29,563 nt of DNA, taken from an uncultured Nitrososphaerota archaeon. GTDB taxonomy: Archaea; Korarchaeota; Korarchaeia; Korarchaeales; Korarchaeaceae. Position 1 is the stretch's first letter; each line of letters opens with the position of its first letter. Location of the stretch: NCBI GenBank assembly GCA_964618805.1, contig CAZUBM010000018.1:13806-43368 (forward strand). The letters run 5' to 3'. The notes beneath the pieces were generated by a model, which saw only the letters and a program-made list of their open reading frames with translations, had not been told where the DNA came from and did no database searches. Shown here piece by piece: positions 1-8,732 of the stretch. A program made the translations under genes and the position numbers.

Positions 1-339
1 TTTCCTTTCACTTCAATAGTGTTCATAAGATTTAGATTTTCTATGTCAAAACCGAACTTTCTAGCAACTAGCCTGAGTGGATGTGAGTAAGGAATCTCGT
101 TTCTTATTACCGAATCTACTGCGGGTCCGGCTACGATTGACACAGATTTTTCCTTTAAAGAAGGAGAGAATCCCCGATAAAACCTCGGGATGAGTAGTGG
201 AAGGGTAGGGTTCATTAGAGGCCAAATTGAGGTTTAGAATAACGCTTTCCCAATCTCTGAACACCGAAGAGAATCTTTGAAGCGCATCCTTGATGAAAGA
301 TCTTCTATCATTAGTTCTTCTATAGAAGATTCTGCACAT
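1..339 (-). pseudogene. DUF362-family protein, frameshifted; runs off the window edge
   Basis: N-terminus VILNLNLASNEPYPSTTHPEVL resembles the DUF362 'KPN...YPTTTHPEV' motif. After a shift in the T5 run at 147-151 the other frame reads SVSIVAGPAVDSVIRNEIPYSHPLRLVARKFGFDIENL, which continues the family pattern and stays open to position 1. Confidence 0.65.
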
Positions 340-413
340 CTCACTATCTCATTTAGATCAGCCCTTTTAATATCGATGCATTCCCTTAATGAGTAAGATG
401 CATTTTTAGTGGC

Positions 414-430
414 ACCTCTTTTTAATCACT
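414..430. repeat. 17-bp exact direct repeat ACCTCTTTTTAATCACT, copy 1
   Basis: Identical to 3386-3402, with partly similar flanks (TTTAG upstream, TTTCTT downstream). Confidence 0.7.
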
Positions 431-754
431 GCAATTTCTTCAGAAATTACTTAGGAAAAATTAGGCCAAGGCCGAAATCATAGCAAAAAACGAATTTGAT
501 AGTTTTTCTAAACGGAAAAGTTGCTAGTAACTTGAAGAGACAATGTCCTGAATGGTTTATATGAGTTTACCTTAAGCAGTATATGAAACTCTCCTATGTG
601 CTTTTCGTCACTTATTTTTATAAACGAAAGTGCCTATCCACAATTATTTTAACGCCAATCAGATGCTAATATTTCGGCTGGGTTGAAAAATTTTAGAATG
701 CCCTTGTTTATTACTATGAGAACTTTAGAGGGATATAGCTTGAGGGTGAGGTGA

Positions 755-1684
755 ATGCTAAGGGAAGCCATGCTTATGGGGGTTTTAACAGCTCTTTTAA
801 TGGCTATGGGGCTTGGTCTGGGTTATTATTTTGGAAATCCTTCACAGTGGATGCTGGCGGGACTAATTATGTCAGCATTCTTCAATATGTTTGCCTATGC
901 ATTCTCTGATAAGATCGTGCTGACCATGACTGGAGCCAAGCTCATACCTGAGGTTGAAGCGCCCATGTTGCATAGGATCGTTGAACGCATCGCCCTCAGA
1001 GCTGGGATCCCAAAACCAAAGGTAGCCTTAGTGCCAGCTCATGTTCCCAATGCCTTTGCAACTGGTAGAGGACCAAAAAATGCTACAGTGGCCGTAACTG
1101 AAGGTTTGATGAATGTCTTAAATGAGAGAGAAATTGAGGCCGTGCTTGGCCACGAGCTTGCACATGTTCTCCATAGGGACACTCTCGTATCAGCTATGGC
1201 AGCTACAATAGCTGGAGCAATAAGCTATTTGGCATACTTCGGAAGATGGGGCTTGTTCTTAGGCAGGAGAAGAGATGATAGGGACTCGGTTCCGCTTATT
1301 GCAGTAGTCTTATCCTTGATTCTCGTTCCAATAGCTGCAGCCCTAATAAGGTTGGCTATTTCAAGAGAAAGGGAGTATAAGGCAGATGAGGAAGGAGCAA
1401 AGCTTACTGGAAGACCAATAGCCCTATCAAATGCGCTGATAAAGATAAGGAATGCAGTTATGCGCAACCCTCCCTTGCCAATAAATCCAGGAACGACTCA
1501 TCTGTGGATAGTGAATCCTCTTAAGGGGGAGTCTCTCTTAGAACTGTTTTCAACCCACCCATCAGTTGAGAAGAGGGTCGCTAGGCTAAGGCAGCTTGCA
1601 AATGAGATGGGAGTATGGGACGATAAACCAATCTCTTTAGAGTCTCTGAGATCAAAAGGAGTTACGTGGTTTCTTTGGAGCTGA
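755..1684 (+). CDS. htpX: HtpX membrane zinc metalloprotease (M48)
   Basis: PNAFATGRGP, HELAH (HExxH), ISREREYKADEEGA and FSTHP motifs; N-terminal TM hairpin; GAGGTGA Shine-Dalgarno just upstream. Confidence 0.95.
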   Translation: MLREAMLMGVLTALLMAMGLGLGYYFGNPSQWMLAGLIMSAFFNMFAYAFSDKIVLTMTGAKLIPEVEAPMLHRIVERIALRAGIPKPKVALVPAHVPNAFATGRGPKNATVAVTEGLMNVLNEREIEAVLGHELAHVLHRDTLVSAMAATIAGAISYLAYFGRWGLFLGRRRDDRDSVPLIAVVLSLILVPIAAALIRLAISREREYKADEEGAKLTGRPIALSNALIKIRNAVMRNPPLPINPGTTHLWIVNPLKGESLLELFSTHPSVEKRVARLRQLANEMGVWDDKPISLESLRSKGVTWFLWS

Positions 1685-1701
1685 TATGATGTAAGACGGG
1701 A

Positions 1702-2805
1702 TCAAGGCCTTACATCAATGGATCCATTCACAACGTCAATTAATACCTCTATCTTTGACTGGGCAAGGGAATATCCTTGGGTCTTAGCTCTTATCCCTTT
1801 TCTATCATCCCACTTTATGAAATCAAAGTCTTCTAGTCCCATTTCGACTGTTCCATGCATTGTGCTTATATCGAACTCAAATCCCTTTTCTTCATCGACA
1901 TTACATTTTATTACAACATTTCCATTAACCACATCAATAGAATACCTACCAGCGGTATTGCCAATTACTTCTAAGAAAGTTTCGCCGTTTATAACTTCAA
2001 GCTCTAGATCTTTAGAGGATACTGAAGCCTTTATCTCTCCATTTGTAAGGCCCGCATCAACTTCATCGAAGTAAATGTTCGAAAGTTCCATCTTACCGTT
2101 GGCGATCTCAGCCGAAAGCTTTGAGCCAGATAAGTTAAAAACTTGTAACTTTCCGTTAAGAGTTGAGTATGTTATTTCGCAGGTTAAATCCGATGGAATG
2201 GAAACTGCTAAGTCAACTTTTGTCCAGACCTTGTTAATCTCAGGGCCGGAGACGCCTATTTTTACGTTTAGTAAGTCTTCAACAACGCTATCTGAGACGT
2301 ATACCTCTGTTTTATTCAACTTATTTAGAGCATCCTTTTTGGTAAATCCTCTTGTTGTGATTTCATATTGAATTAGGATTTGAGACCCCTCATAGCCCTT
2401 TAGCACTACATTTCCGTTTATCAGATCTATTTCAAGACTCAGTTTCGAGATCTCCCCTACTGAAATCGATGTCTGGCCAGTTCTAGAAGCCTCCTCTGTC
2501 CCCATTTGTGTTAGCAATGCTAAAGGTGGGAAGAAGTAAGTTATAGAAAGCAATATTGTAAGGAGAGCTAAAATTGAGACGAAAGTATTGATCGCCCTTA
2601 CAAGCTCCTTTCCTATTGAGCTCTCTACCCAGCCAAGAGCAAAGTAACATCCAAGCAGGATGAGACCAGAGGAGATCAGTATGATGGCCCTATCCTCGGG
2701 AGTGAGAACTTCCCAGGGCACTAGTTGATACAGGAGAAAAAGTAGACCAATAGTCACAAGGAACCATCCAAGATTTATTGCAGTCTTATGACTCAAGGTA
2801 AGCAC
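1702..2805 (-). CDS. Membrane-anchored DUF4097 (Toastrack/adhesin-like beta-repeat) protein
   Basis: Three N-terminal hydrophobic helices followed by repeated 'xNGxI/V' beta-strand units (INGNV, LNGKL, ANGKM, TNGEI, INGET, VNGNV, VNGSI). Start placed at GTG 2805 (or TTG 2796), just after the upstream stop at 2810. Confidence 0.8.
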   Translation of the reverse strand: MLTLSHKTAINLGWFLVTIGLLFLLYQLVPWEVLTPEDRAIILISSGLILLGCYFALGWVESSIGKELVRAINTFVSILALLTILLSITYFFPPLALLTQMGTEEASRTGQTSISVGEISKLSLEIDLINGNVVLKGYEGSQILIQYEITTRGFTKKDALNKLNKTEVYVSDSVVEDLLNVKIGVSGPEINKVWTKVDLAVSIPSDLTCEITYSTLNGKLQVFNLSGSKLSAEIANGKMELSNIYFDEVDAGLTNGEIKASVSSKDLELEVINGETFLEVIGNTAGRYSIDVVNGNVVIKCNVDEEKGFEFDISTMHGTVEMGLEDFDFIKWDDRKGIRAKTQGYSLAQSKIEVLIDVVNGSIDVRP

Positions 2806-2809
2806 CCTT

Positions 2810-2995
2810 CTACTCGACTTGAACGAACCTCTTTTCTTTCCTTGACAGACCATAAGCTATAGCTGCAATTCCAACGAAGATCAAGGCTAGAGGAATGGTG
2901 ATAGTTAGAGAAGAGATTCCCTTTAACGAGATATACCATCCAAGCCCTAGGGAGAGAAAGAAAATCGCTTTGAACAAAATCCATGCCCTAAGCAC
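2810..2995 (-). CDS. Small two-TM membrane protein
   Basis: Two hydrophobic helices and a basic tail. GTG start at 2995 follows GGGGTGA and overlaps the upstream stop (2988), suggesting translational coupling. Confidence 0.65.
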   Translation of the reverse strand: MLRAWILFKAIFFLSLGLGWYISLKGISSLTITIPLALIFVGIAAIAYGLSRKEKRFVQVE

Positions 2996-3362
2996 TCTTT
3001 TCACCCCTAACCGAATATCCAAGTACAATTAGAAGAATTCCAATCAAGATAAGGCTTACGGAAGCAGGTATTTTCTGGCCAATTAGTTCTTGAACAAGCC
3101 AATATCCTCCCGCGGTAACCATAACAGCCCCTATGATTATTATAAGGCTCTCAGAATCTGTGCTTGGTTTAGCTCTAGCAATCTCCCCTTCTTTGGTCAT
3201 CCCTTTAGTTTTGTAAACATAAGCTACCATAAGAATGACTAATAGAGCCGCAATCCAATGAAACATCAGTGCGAGAATAACAAGAATGAAAGCTACCGCT
3301 GAATCGGAAAGATACCTCATTATAACAGCTCCAAGATCTGCAAGCAAATCTGTTAATCCCAT
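2988..3362 (-). CDS. Multi-TM membrane protein with LiaI/LiaF-like TM hairpin
   Basis: Four hydrophobic segments; the C-terminal 'IIGAVMVTAGGYWLVQE...LILIGILLI' hairpin resembles LiaI-LiaF-type TM units. ATG 3362 lies about 30 bp downstream of the TATA-like ATTAAAAA. Confidence 0.7.
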   Translation of the reverse strand: MGLTDLLADLGAVIMRYLSDSAVAFILVILALMFHWIAALLVILMVAYVYKTKGMTKEGEIARAKPSTDSESLIIIIGAVMVTAGGYWLVQELIGQKIPASVSLILIGILLIVLGYSVRGEKSA

Positions 3363-3385
3363 TTTGACCAAGAAATATTTAGGAA

Positions 3386-3402
3386 ACCTCTTTTTAATCA
3401 CT
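3386..3402 (-). promoter_or_regulatory. 17-bp repeat copy 2, containing the TATA-like box of the membrane/DUF4097 operon
   Basis: Reads AGTGATTAAAAAGAGGT on the minus strand, 24-40 bp upstream of ATG 3362; identical to 414-430. Confidence 0.55.
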
Positions 3403-3515
3403 CTGAATATTTCTTTATTGAATAGAATTCTTGACAATAAGTTGAATCCGTAAGTTAAATTCAAACCCTCGAAACGAACTTACAATAAAGCTTTAGTTTT
3501 ATTCAGCACGATTCT

Positions 3516-4199
3516 TCATAACATTCCCTCCATTTCCTTCTCATATCTGTACAGAAATTCGATCATGAACTCATGTCTTCCTTTTGCTAACCTTTTCCCC
3601 TCTTTTGTAAGGATTAGATCCTTTAACCAAAGAAGTTTTGAGGCAAAGTGGTATATCGCGCTTGGATCTGGCCCCTTTATGTTCATCTTAAGTTTAGGAG
3701 GATTCTTTGGATCCCATTCGAGTCTCCCTAGGCCTTCTGGGCAGCCATAAGCTCCTGCGAATGCAAATACTCTAGCTATACCTCTTGCTCCAATGGAGTC
3801 AAGCAAATCAGCATCTCTAAGAACCTTAGCTTCCAGCAAATCCGGCTCAATACCCCTCTCATGGGCTTCATAGGATGCTGTGAGTATTGTCTTGATTACC
3901 AAATCTATTTCCTCGCTTGTAAAACCTAACTTGCTGAGAAAACTTCTGGCCTCTTCTGCACTCGCCTCACTGTGCTTATAATGCTCTGTTACGGCCTTTC
4001 TGGGGATAATGTCATGGAAATAAGCTGCAGGAATGAGAATCCTCATATTTGCACCTTCTTTAGCTCCAATTCTTCTAGCAATATTGACAACACACTCTAT
4101 ATGGTCCCAACCATGTGCAATGTCATTGCATCGAACTTTATCCTTCACGTAATCTCTAATCTCTTTCTCTTCCTCAGGCGTAATTTCCCTAGGTTCCAT
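3516..4199 (-). CDS. HD-superfamily phosphohydrolase (YedJ/COG1418-like)
   Basis: AHGWDH, FHD, LRDADLLDSIGARGIARVF and HFASKLL motifs. Confidence 0.9.
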   Translation of the reverse strand: MEPREITPEEEKEIRDYVKDKVRCNDIAHGWDHIECVVNIARRIGAKEGANMRILIPAAYFHDIIPRKAVTEHYKHSEASAEEARSFLSKLGFTSEEIDLVIKTILTASYEAHERGIEPDLLEAKVLRDADLLDSIGARGIARVFAFAGAYGCPEGLGRLEWDPKNPPKLKMNIKGPDPSAIYHFASKLLWLKDLILTKEGKRLAKGRHEFMIEFLYRYEKEMEGML

Positions 4200-4267
4200 C
4201 TAGCCTATAAGAGCTCTGAATTTTAAATGCCTTGTCAAACCTGTCAACCTCCTCTTCAGATTGTCGC

Positions 4268-5116
4268 CTAGAACATAATGACGTGTATCTCATGATTAAA
4301 TTCGAGCGGTTTAGCCATCATCCTGAGAATTAATACGGTAAGAATTACAACGACAAAGGATTTACTAAGATCAAGGTCTGTTGATTCTTTAGTAGCAAAC
4401 AAAAGAAGGATAAACGTCCAGAGAGCCAATGCTGGCTGTATTATGTATCTAATCCCTATCAGAAGCAAGGAATATTCTAACTCTCCAATTGCAATTAAAC
4501 GGAAGGAGAGCAGATCTCTTATAAGCAATAGGATCAATTCAGGAAGCTGAGCTCTAAGAAAATTCATCATGAAAGGAATTATAGAGGTTTTGACTCCATA
4601 AATGCCAACAGATAAACCTATAGCTAAAATAACCGCTCCTAAAAGGACCACAATAACCTCTATTAGTGCTTTAACTCCTAAAAAAAGGGAGGAAATGAAC
4701 AAAAGGACTCCTATACAAAAAGACACGAGAGTAGCTCCAGCACCTCTATAGGTAAAAGCTCTCCTTGGATTCATCCCTAAATCAAAAAGGCTCATGCTAA
4801 CCTCCGATAGAAAGGCCCAAGGAGAAGCTTGAGGTGTTTTCAGCTTTTGTGGTCTCTTTATCTCCTCCTGAAGAAAGTTAAGCAACCTGTAAGCCAAAAT
4901 TCCCATATCGCTTAGCGAATAAATCCCTTCTTCGTTTTTATTTAAGAGAAGCTCCATCTTTGAGAGATGGTAATTTAACACCCCTGACTGGATACCTAGC
5001 TCATTGAGAAGAGTACCATACTTCATTGGACCTTTTTCTGCGAGCAGCAGTATTATCTTCCGTCTTACCTCGTGGTTAATACCATTAACGACGGCATCTA
5101 TTTCCAAAGCTAACAC
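4268..5116 (-). CDS. ArsR-like winged-HTH fused to a Yip1-like multi-TM domain (membrane-tethered regulator)
   Basis: N-terminal HEVRRKIILLL...LNELGIQSGVLNYHLSKM...YSLSDMG wHTH; 'NPRRAF' followed by about five TM helices, as in Yip1-like domains. Confidence 0.75.
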   Translation of the reverse strand: MLALEIDAVVNGINHEVRRKIILLLAEKGPMKYGTLLNELGIQSGVLNYHLSKMELLLNKNEEGIYSLSDMGILAYRLLNFLQEEIKRPQKLKTPQASPWAFLSEVSMSLFDLGMNPRRAFTYRGAGATLVSFCIGVLLFISSLFLGVKALIEVIVVLLGAVILAIGLSVGIYGVKTSIIPFMMNFLRAQLPELILLLIRDLLSFRLIAIGELEYSLLLIGIRYIIQPALALWTFILLLFATKESTDLDLSKSFVVVILTVLILRMMAKPLEFNHEIHVIMF

Positions 5117-5136
5117 CTTTCTCGCAGTTTAAACTC

Positions 5137-5297
5137 AAAGAGATCCATTTAGTTTGTACTTAATCGAATGAAAATAAAACTATTAACATTTCTTGCCCTA
5201 AAATGACCGAATTACATCTTATGATGCAGAAGAAAACTTATCGAAATCATGTCGTAACCTTAACGGGCTATGCTCGATGATAAAAATGGATCTTTTT
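5137..5297. promoter_or_regulatory. Pair of 14-bp motifs in inverted orientation in a divergent intergenic region
   Basis: AAAGAGATCCATTT (5137-5150) and AAATGGATCTTTTT (5284-5297) are reverse complements with one mismatch. Confidence 0.4.
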
Positions 5298-5341
5298 CCT
5301 TGACCAAATAGGTTAAGTATTGGCCGGGTAGGACCCTGCTA

Positions 5342-6178
5342 ATGTTAGCGGGAGACAAAGAATGCCATAAGACCATAGCTATAATAGGAGCCGGGCAAGT
5401 GGGAAGTACTGCAGCTCAAGTTCTTGCAAAAAGCGGTAAATGGAAAATAATTGCAACAAGAAGGCACATAGATGCGATAAGAGGCCTTGAAAAATTAGGA
5501 GTAAAGCTTTCCACTGATAATGTTGGAGCAGCAAGGGAAGCCGATGTTATCATACTTGCTGTCAAACCTAACAAAGCAGTGAGCGTTTTAAGAGAAATAG
5601 CGGATGAGTTAGATGGAAAATTAGTGATCTCCTTTGTTGCTGCCATAACTCTTGATGTCCTTAAATCAGTGGCTCCAAAGGCAGAGATAATAAGAGCTAT
5701 GCCCAATATAGCCTTAATGGTCAAAGAATCCTTCACTGCTTACTCCATTTCAAATAATGTTAGTGAGGAAAACATAAATCTAGCAGAGAGAATTTTAGCT
5801 GAGTTTGGTGAGACGGCCAGGGTAGACGAGTCTTTAATGGATGCTGTCACAGGTCTTAGTGGGAGTGGCCCAGCTTATGCCGCTACGTTCATCGAAGCAT
5901 TAGCCTATGCTGGACTAAAAGTGGGCCTCTCCAGAGAAATAGCACTAAGAAGTGCTGCTAGAACCTTGCTTGGTACAGCCAAGCTCGTGCTTGATCTCAA
6001 CTTACACCCAGCAAAGGTGAAAGAGATGGTTATAACTCCGGGAGGAACCACAATAGAAGGTATCTATCATATAGAGGAAAGTGGAATAAGATCCTCCGTT
6101 ATGAGAGCTGTTGATGCTGCCTCCAAGAGGTGCAAAGAGATCACCAGCGCACTAGAAAAAGCTTTCAATAAGCGTTGA
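5342..6178 (+). CDS. proC: Pyrroline-5-carboxylate reductase
   Basis: IIGAG Rossmann motif, LAVKP, RAMPN, GLSGSGPAY and TPGGTTIEG motifs. Confidence 0.95.
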   Translation: MLAGDKECHKTIAIIGAGQVGSTAAQVLAKSGKWKIIATRRHIDAIRGLEKLGVKLSTDNVGAAREADVIILAVKPNKAVSVLREIADELDGKLVISFVAAITLDVLKSVAPKAEIIRAMPNIALMVKESFTAYSISNNVSEENINLAERILAEFGETARVDESLMDAVTGLSGSGPAYAATFIEALAYAGLKVGLSREIALRSAARTLLGTAKLVLDLNLHPAKVKEMVITPGGTTIEGIYHIEESGIRSSVMRAVDAASKRCKEITSALEKAFNKR

Positions 6179-6311
6179 AGGAACATTAACGAAGTGGCAG
6201 AACAATCAAATACTTTTCAGGTACTTCTATCAAAATCATGCCATAAACTCCCATCTACTGATGCCACAATTCATCGAACCTAATTAAAGGGAGTAGTAAG
6301 AGTGGTCATGG

Positions 6312-7514
6312 ATGAGCGAGATAATAAGGGTGAGGTTAAATCCAGAAAAATGTCATCATTGTAATTTTTGTAAAACGGTTAGCTTGTGCCCTAGTCCTAA
6401 AGACTGCGTTGGGTGTTTTATCTGTGTGTGGTCTTGCCCATATGAAGCTAGAACTCCGTACAGCCATAAGTCCGATGAAACTGCTGTAATTAGTATTGAT
6501 GGTATTCAGTATGAGGTCCCAAAATCGATCACACTAAAAAGAGCTCTAGAAATTTCTGGTTATGAGGTTGGAGTGTTTCCTGGAGAGGGAAAGATTAGCG
6601 CTCCCTGTTCTTTAGGAGGTTGCTACTCTTGCCTTGTAGAGGCAAATGGGGAGTTTGTCAGGGCCTGTATTACCCCTGTAAAGGAAGGAATGAAAGTCTT
6701 CACTAACAGAGAGGCTCCGGCTCTTAGGATAGTTCACGGTCCCGCCCCTCATTCTGTTGGAGGCAAAGCAACACCCTGGTGGATTAAAGGAGATAGGTAC
6801 ATAGAAGTAGCTATCTGGACTGCTGGCTGCAACCTTAGGTGTCCACAATGTCAAAATTATCAAGTCACCTATGATAACTCCACAGAACCGATATCACCAG
6901 AAAAGGCAGCATACATCTTAACAAGAGCTAGAAAAGTTTATAGAGTGGATAGAATGGCTGTTTCGGGAGGAGAACCAACTACAAATAGGAAATGGCTTGT
7001 AGACTTTTTCAAAGAGCTTAAAAGGCTGAACCCTGATGAAAAAGCTAGGTTCCATCTAGATAGTAACGGTACGCTGTTAACTAGGGACTACATCGATGAG
7101 CTAATTGAATCAGGAGTAACTGACATAGGAGTGGAACCGAAAGGGGTCAGACTTGAGACCTTTATGAAGATTACGGGAATTAGGGACAAAGAACTAGCTT
7201 TAAGGTATCAGAGGGCCCAATGGGAGGCTCTCAAGTACTTAGTTGATCAATATCAAGAAAGAGTCTTCATTGGAGTTGGTTTACCTTATAATAAGGCTCT
7301 AATCGGCTGGGATGAGCTACTAGAGGTTGGTGAAAAGATAGCATCCATAAAATCCGACTTACAAGTAGTTGTTCTGGACTACTTTCCAACTTTCAGGAAC
7401 AGATCCTTGGTTAGACCTACTCCGGAGGAGATGTTAAGGGTTAAAGAGGTGCTAAATGCTGTTGGGCTATCTACTGTAATAGTTCAAACTTCAATAGGTC
7501 ATTTTGGTCCCTAA
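6312..7514 (+). CDS. Radical SAM enzyme (PFL-activase-like) with N-terminal 4Fe-4S dicluster and 2Fe-2S-type domains
   Basis: CHHCNFC and CVGCFICVWSCP ferredoxin motifs; CSLGGCYSC...RAC 2Fe-2S-type motif; GCNLRCPQCQN (CxxxCxxC), SGGEPT and DSNG. Confidence 0.88.
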   Translation: MSEIIRVRLNPEKCHHCNFCKTVSLCPSPKDCVGCFICVWSCPYEARTPYSHKSDETAVISIDGIQYEVPKSITLKRALEISGYEVGVFPGEGKISAPCSLGGCYSCLVEANGEFVRACITPVKEGMKVFTNREAPALRIVHGPAPHSVGGKATPWWIKGDRYIEVAIWTAGCNLRCPQCQNYQVTYDNSTEPISPEKAAYILTRARKVYRVDRMAVSGGEPTTNRKWLVDFFKELKRLNPDEKARFHLDSNGTLLTRDYIDELIESGVTDIGVEPKGVRLETFMKITGIRDKELALRYQRAQWEALKYLVDQYQERVFIGVGLPYNKALIGWDELLEVGEKIASIKSDLQVVVLDYFPTFRNRSLVRPTPEEMLRVKEVLNAVGLSTVIVQTSIGHFGP

Positions 7515-7575
7515 ATTTTTTGTATGCGACCCGATAGATGATCTGTTTATTTTAACATTTCTGGCAGGAAAAAGG

Positions 7576-7622
7576 ATGAGTGGGCTAGTTAATCTATCTC
7601 TTAACAAATAGAAGCCCCATCT
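7576..7622 (+). pseudogene. Decayed duplicate of the 5' end of the 8733..9305 gene
   Basis: Reads MSGLVNLSL versus MGLVNLSL at 8733, with five synonymous-only differences. After a 1-bp gap it matches 12/15 nt of 8763-8777. TATA-like TTTATTTTAA lies at 7546-7555. Confidence 0.55.
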
Positions 7623-7795
7623 ATTCCCAACACCTTTATTGAAAGGCTGATGAGATGGAGCTCCTACGAGCACTTGTGATAAAGTTATAGAATGGGTTAT
7701 AAATCTCCTCTAATTTACATAGGTATATCTATTCCAACTGCTGGGTGAAGTATCGTTTTAAGATCAAACTTCTTCTTTTACTGGTGTTTCTGGTA

Positions 7796-8728
7796 ATGGA
7801 CAATAAGGAAATAAAGGATATACGGCTCAAAGCTGGATTGACCGTAGCTGAATTTGTCTCTCAGATAAGCAATGCTGGATTTCAGGGAACTGAATTGGGA
7901 AAGGCTGTAGAACTGGTGAAGAGAATGAAAGAGGAGAAAGCAGTCATTTTTCTTGCCTTCACAGCGAACATGGTTGCTTCTGGACTTAGAGGAATTTTTG
8001 CGGATCTCGCTAGAACTCATTTTGTAAATGTCATAATCACGACCGGAGGATCGATAGATCATGACCTTATCAAAGCTTACAAATCTTATGAAATTGGTAG
8101 TTTTGATCTTAACGATGCGGAGCTCCACAAAGCAGGAGTTAATAGGCTTGGAAATATCCTGATATCAAACGACAGATATGAACTTCTCGAACAGCTTATT
8201 CATCCTATCTTCATTAAAATTATGGAAAGAGGAGGAACGGTTTCTCCATCTGAAATCTGTAAAGAGATTGGATTAAGCTTAAAAGATGAAGGATCTTTCC
8301 TATACTGGGCCTCAAGGAACGAAATACCTGTTTTCTGTCCGGGGATCACAGATTCTGCAATAGGGCTACAGGCTTTCTTCTTTAAGCAGGACAATCCCAA
8401 TTTTAGAATAGATGTGACAGCAGATATGAAGCAGCTTGCAGACATAGTTTTTGAGGCTGAAAAAACTGGAGCCATGATACTAGGAGGAGGCATAGCTAAG
8501 CATTACACAATCGGAGTAAATCTCTTAAGAGGAGGTTTGGATTATGCTGTCTACATAACAACAGCAGTACCTTGGGATGGCTCTCTTTCAGGAGCAAGGG
8601 CTAAGGAAGCAATATCTTGGGGGAAGCTAAGGGAAACAGCAAGCCATGTTACAGTGTACGGTGATGCAGTAATAATATTCCCCTTAATGATGGCTAAGGT
8701 CTTCAAGGACTTAAGAATTCTTTTATGA
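7796..8728 (+). CDS. dys: Deoxyhypusine synthase
   Basis: GFQG, FTANMVASGLR, NRLGNI, CPGITDSAIG, GGGIAKH, DGSLSGA and EAISWGK (catalytic Lys) motifs. ATG 7796 preferred over GTG 7745. Confidence 0.95.
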   Translation: MDNKEIKDIRLKAGLTVAEFVSQISNAGFQGTELGKAVELVKRMKEEKAVIFLAFTANMVASGLRGIFADLARTHFVNVIITTGGSIDHDLIKAYKSYEIGSFDLNDAELHKAGVNRLGNILISNDRYELLEQLIHPIFIKIMERGGTVSPSEICKEIGLSLKDEGSFLYWASRNEIPVFCPGITDSAIGLQAFFFKQDNPNFRIDVTADMKQLADIVFEAEKTGAMILGGGIAKHYTIGVNLLRGGLDYAVYITTAVPWDGSLSGARAKEAISWGKLRETASHVTVYGDAVIIFPLMMAKVFKDLRILL

Positions 8729-8732
8729 GGGA

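Noticed and set aside
6217-6278. Minus-strand CGATGA...CTGA spaced about 60 nt apart
   Set aside because: No properly placed internal D'/C' boxes.
7647-7700. CTGATGA, 12-nt spacer, ACGA, GTGATAA resembling half a C/D sRNA
   Set aside because: No terminal CTGA box.
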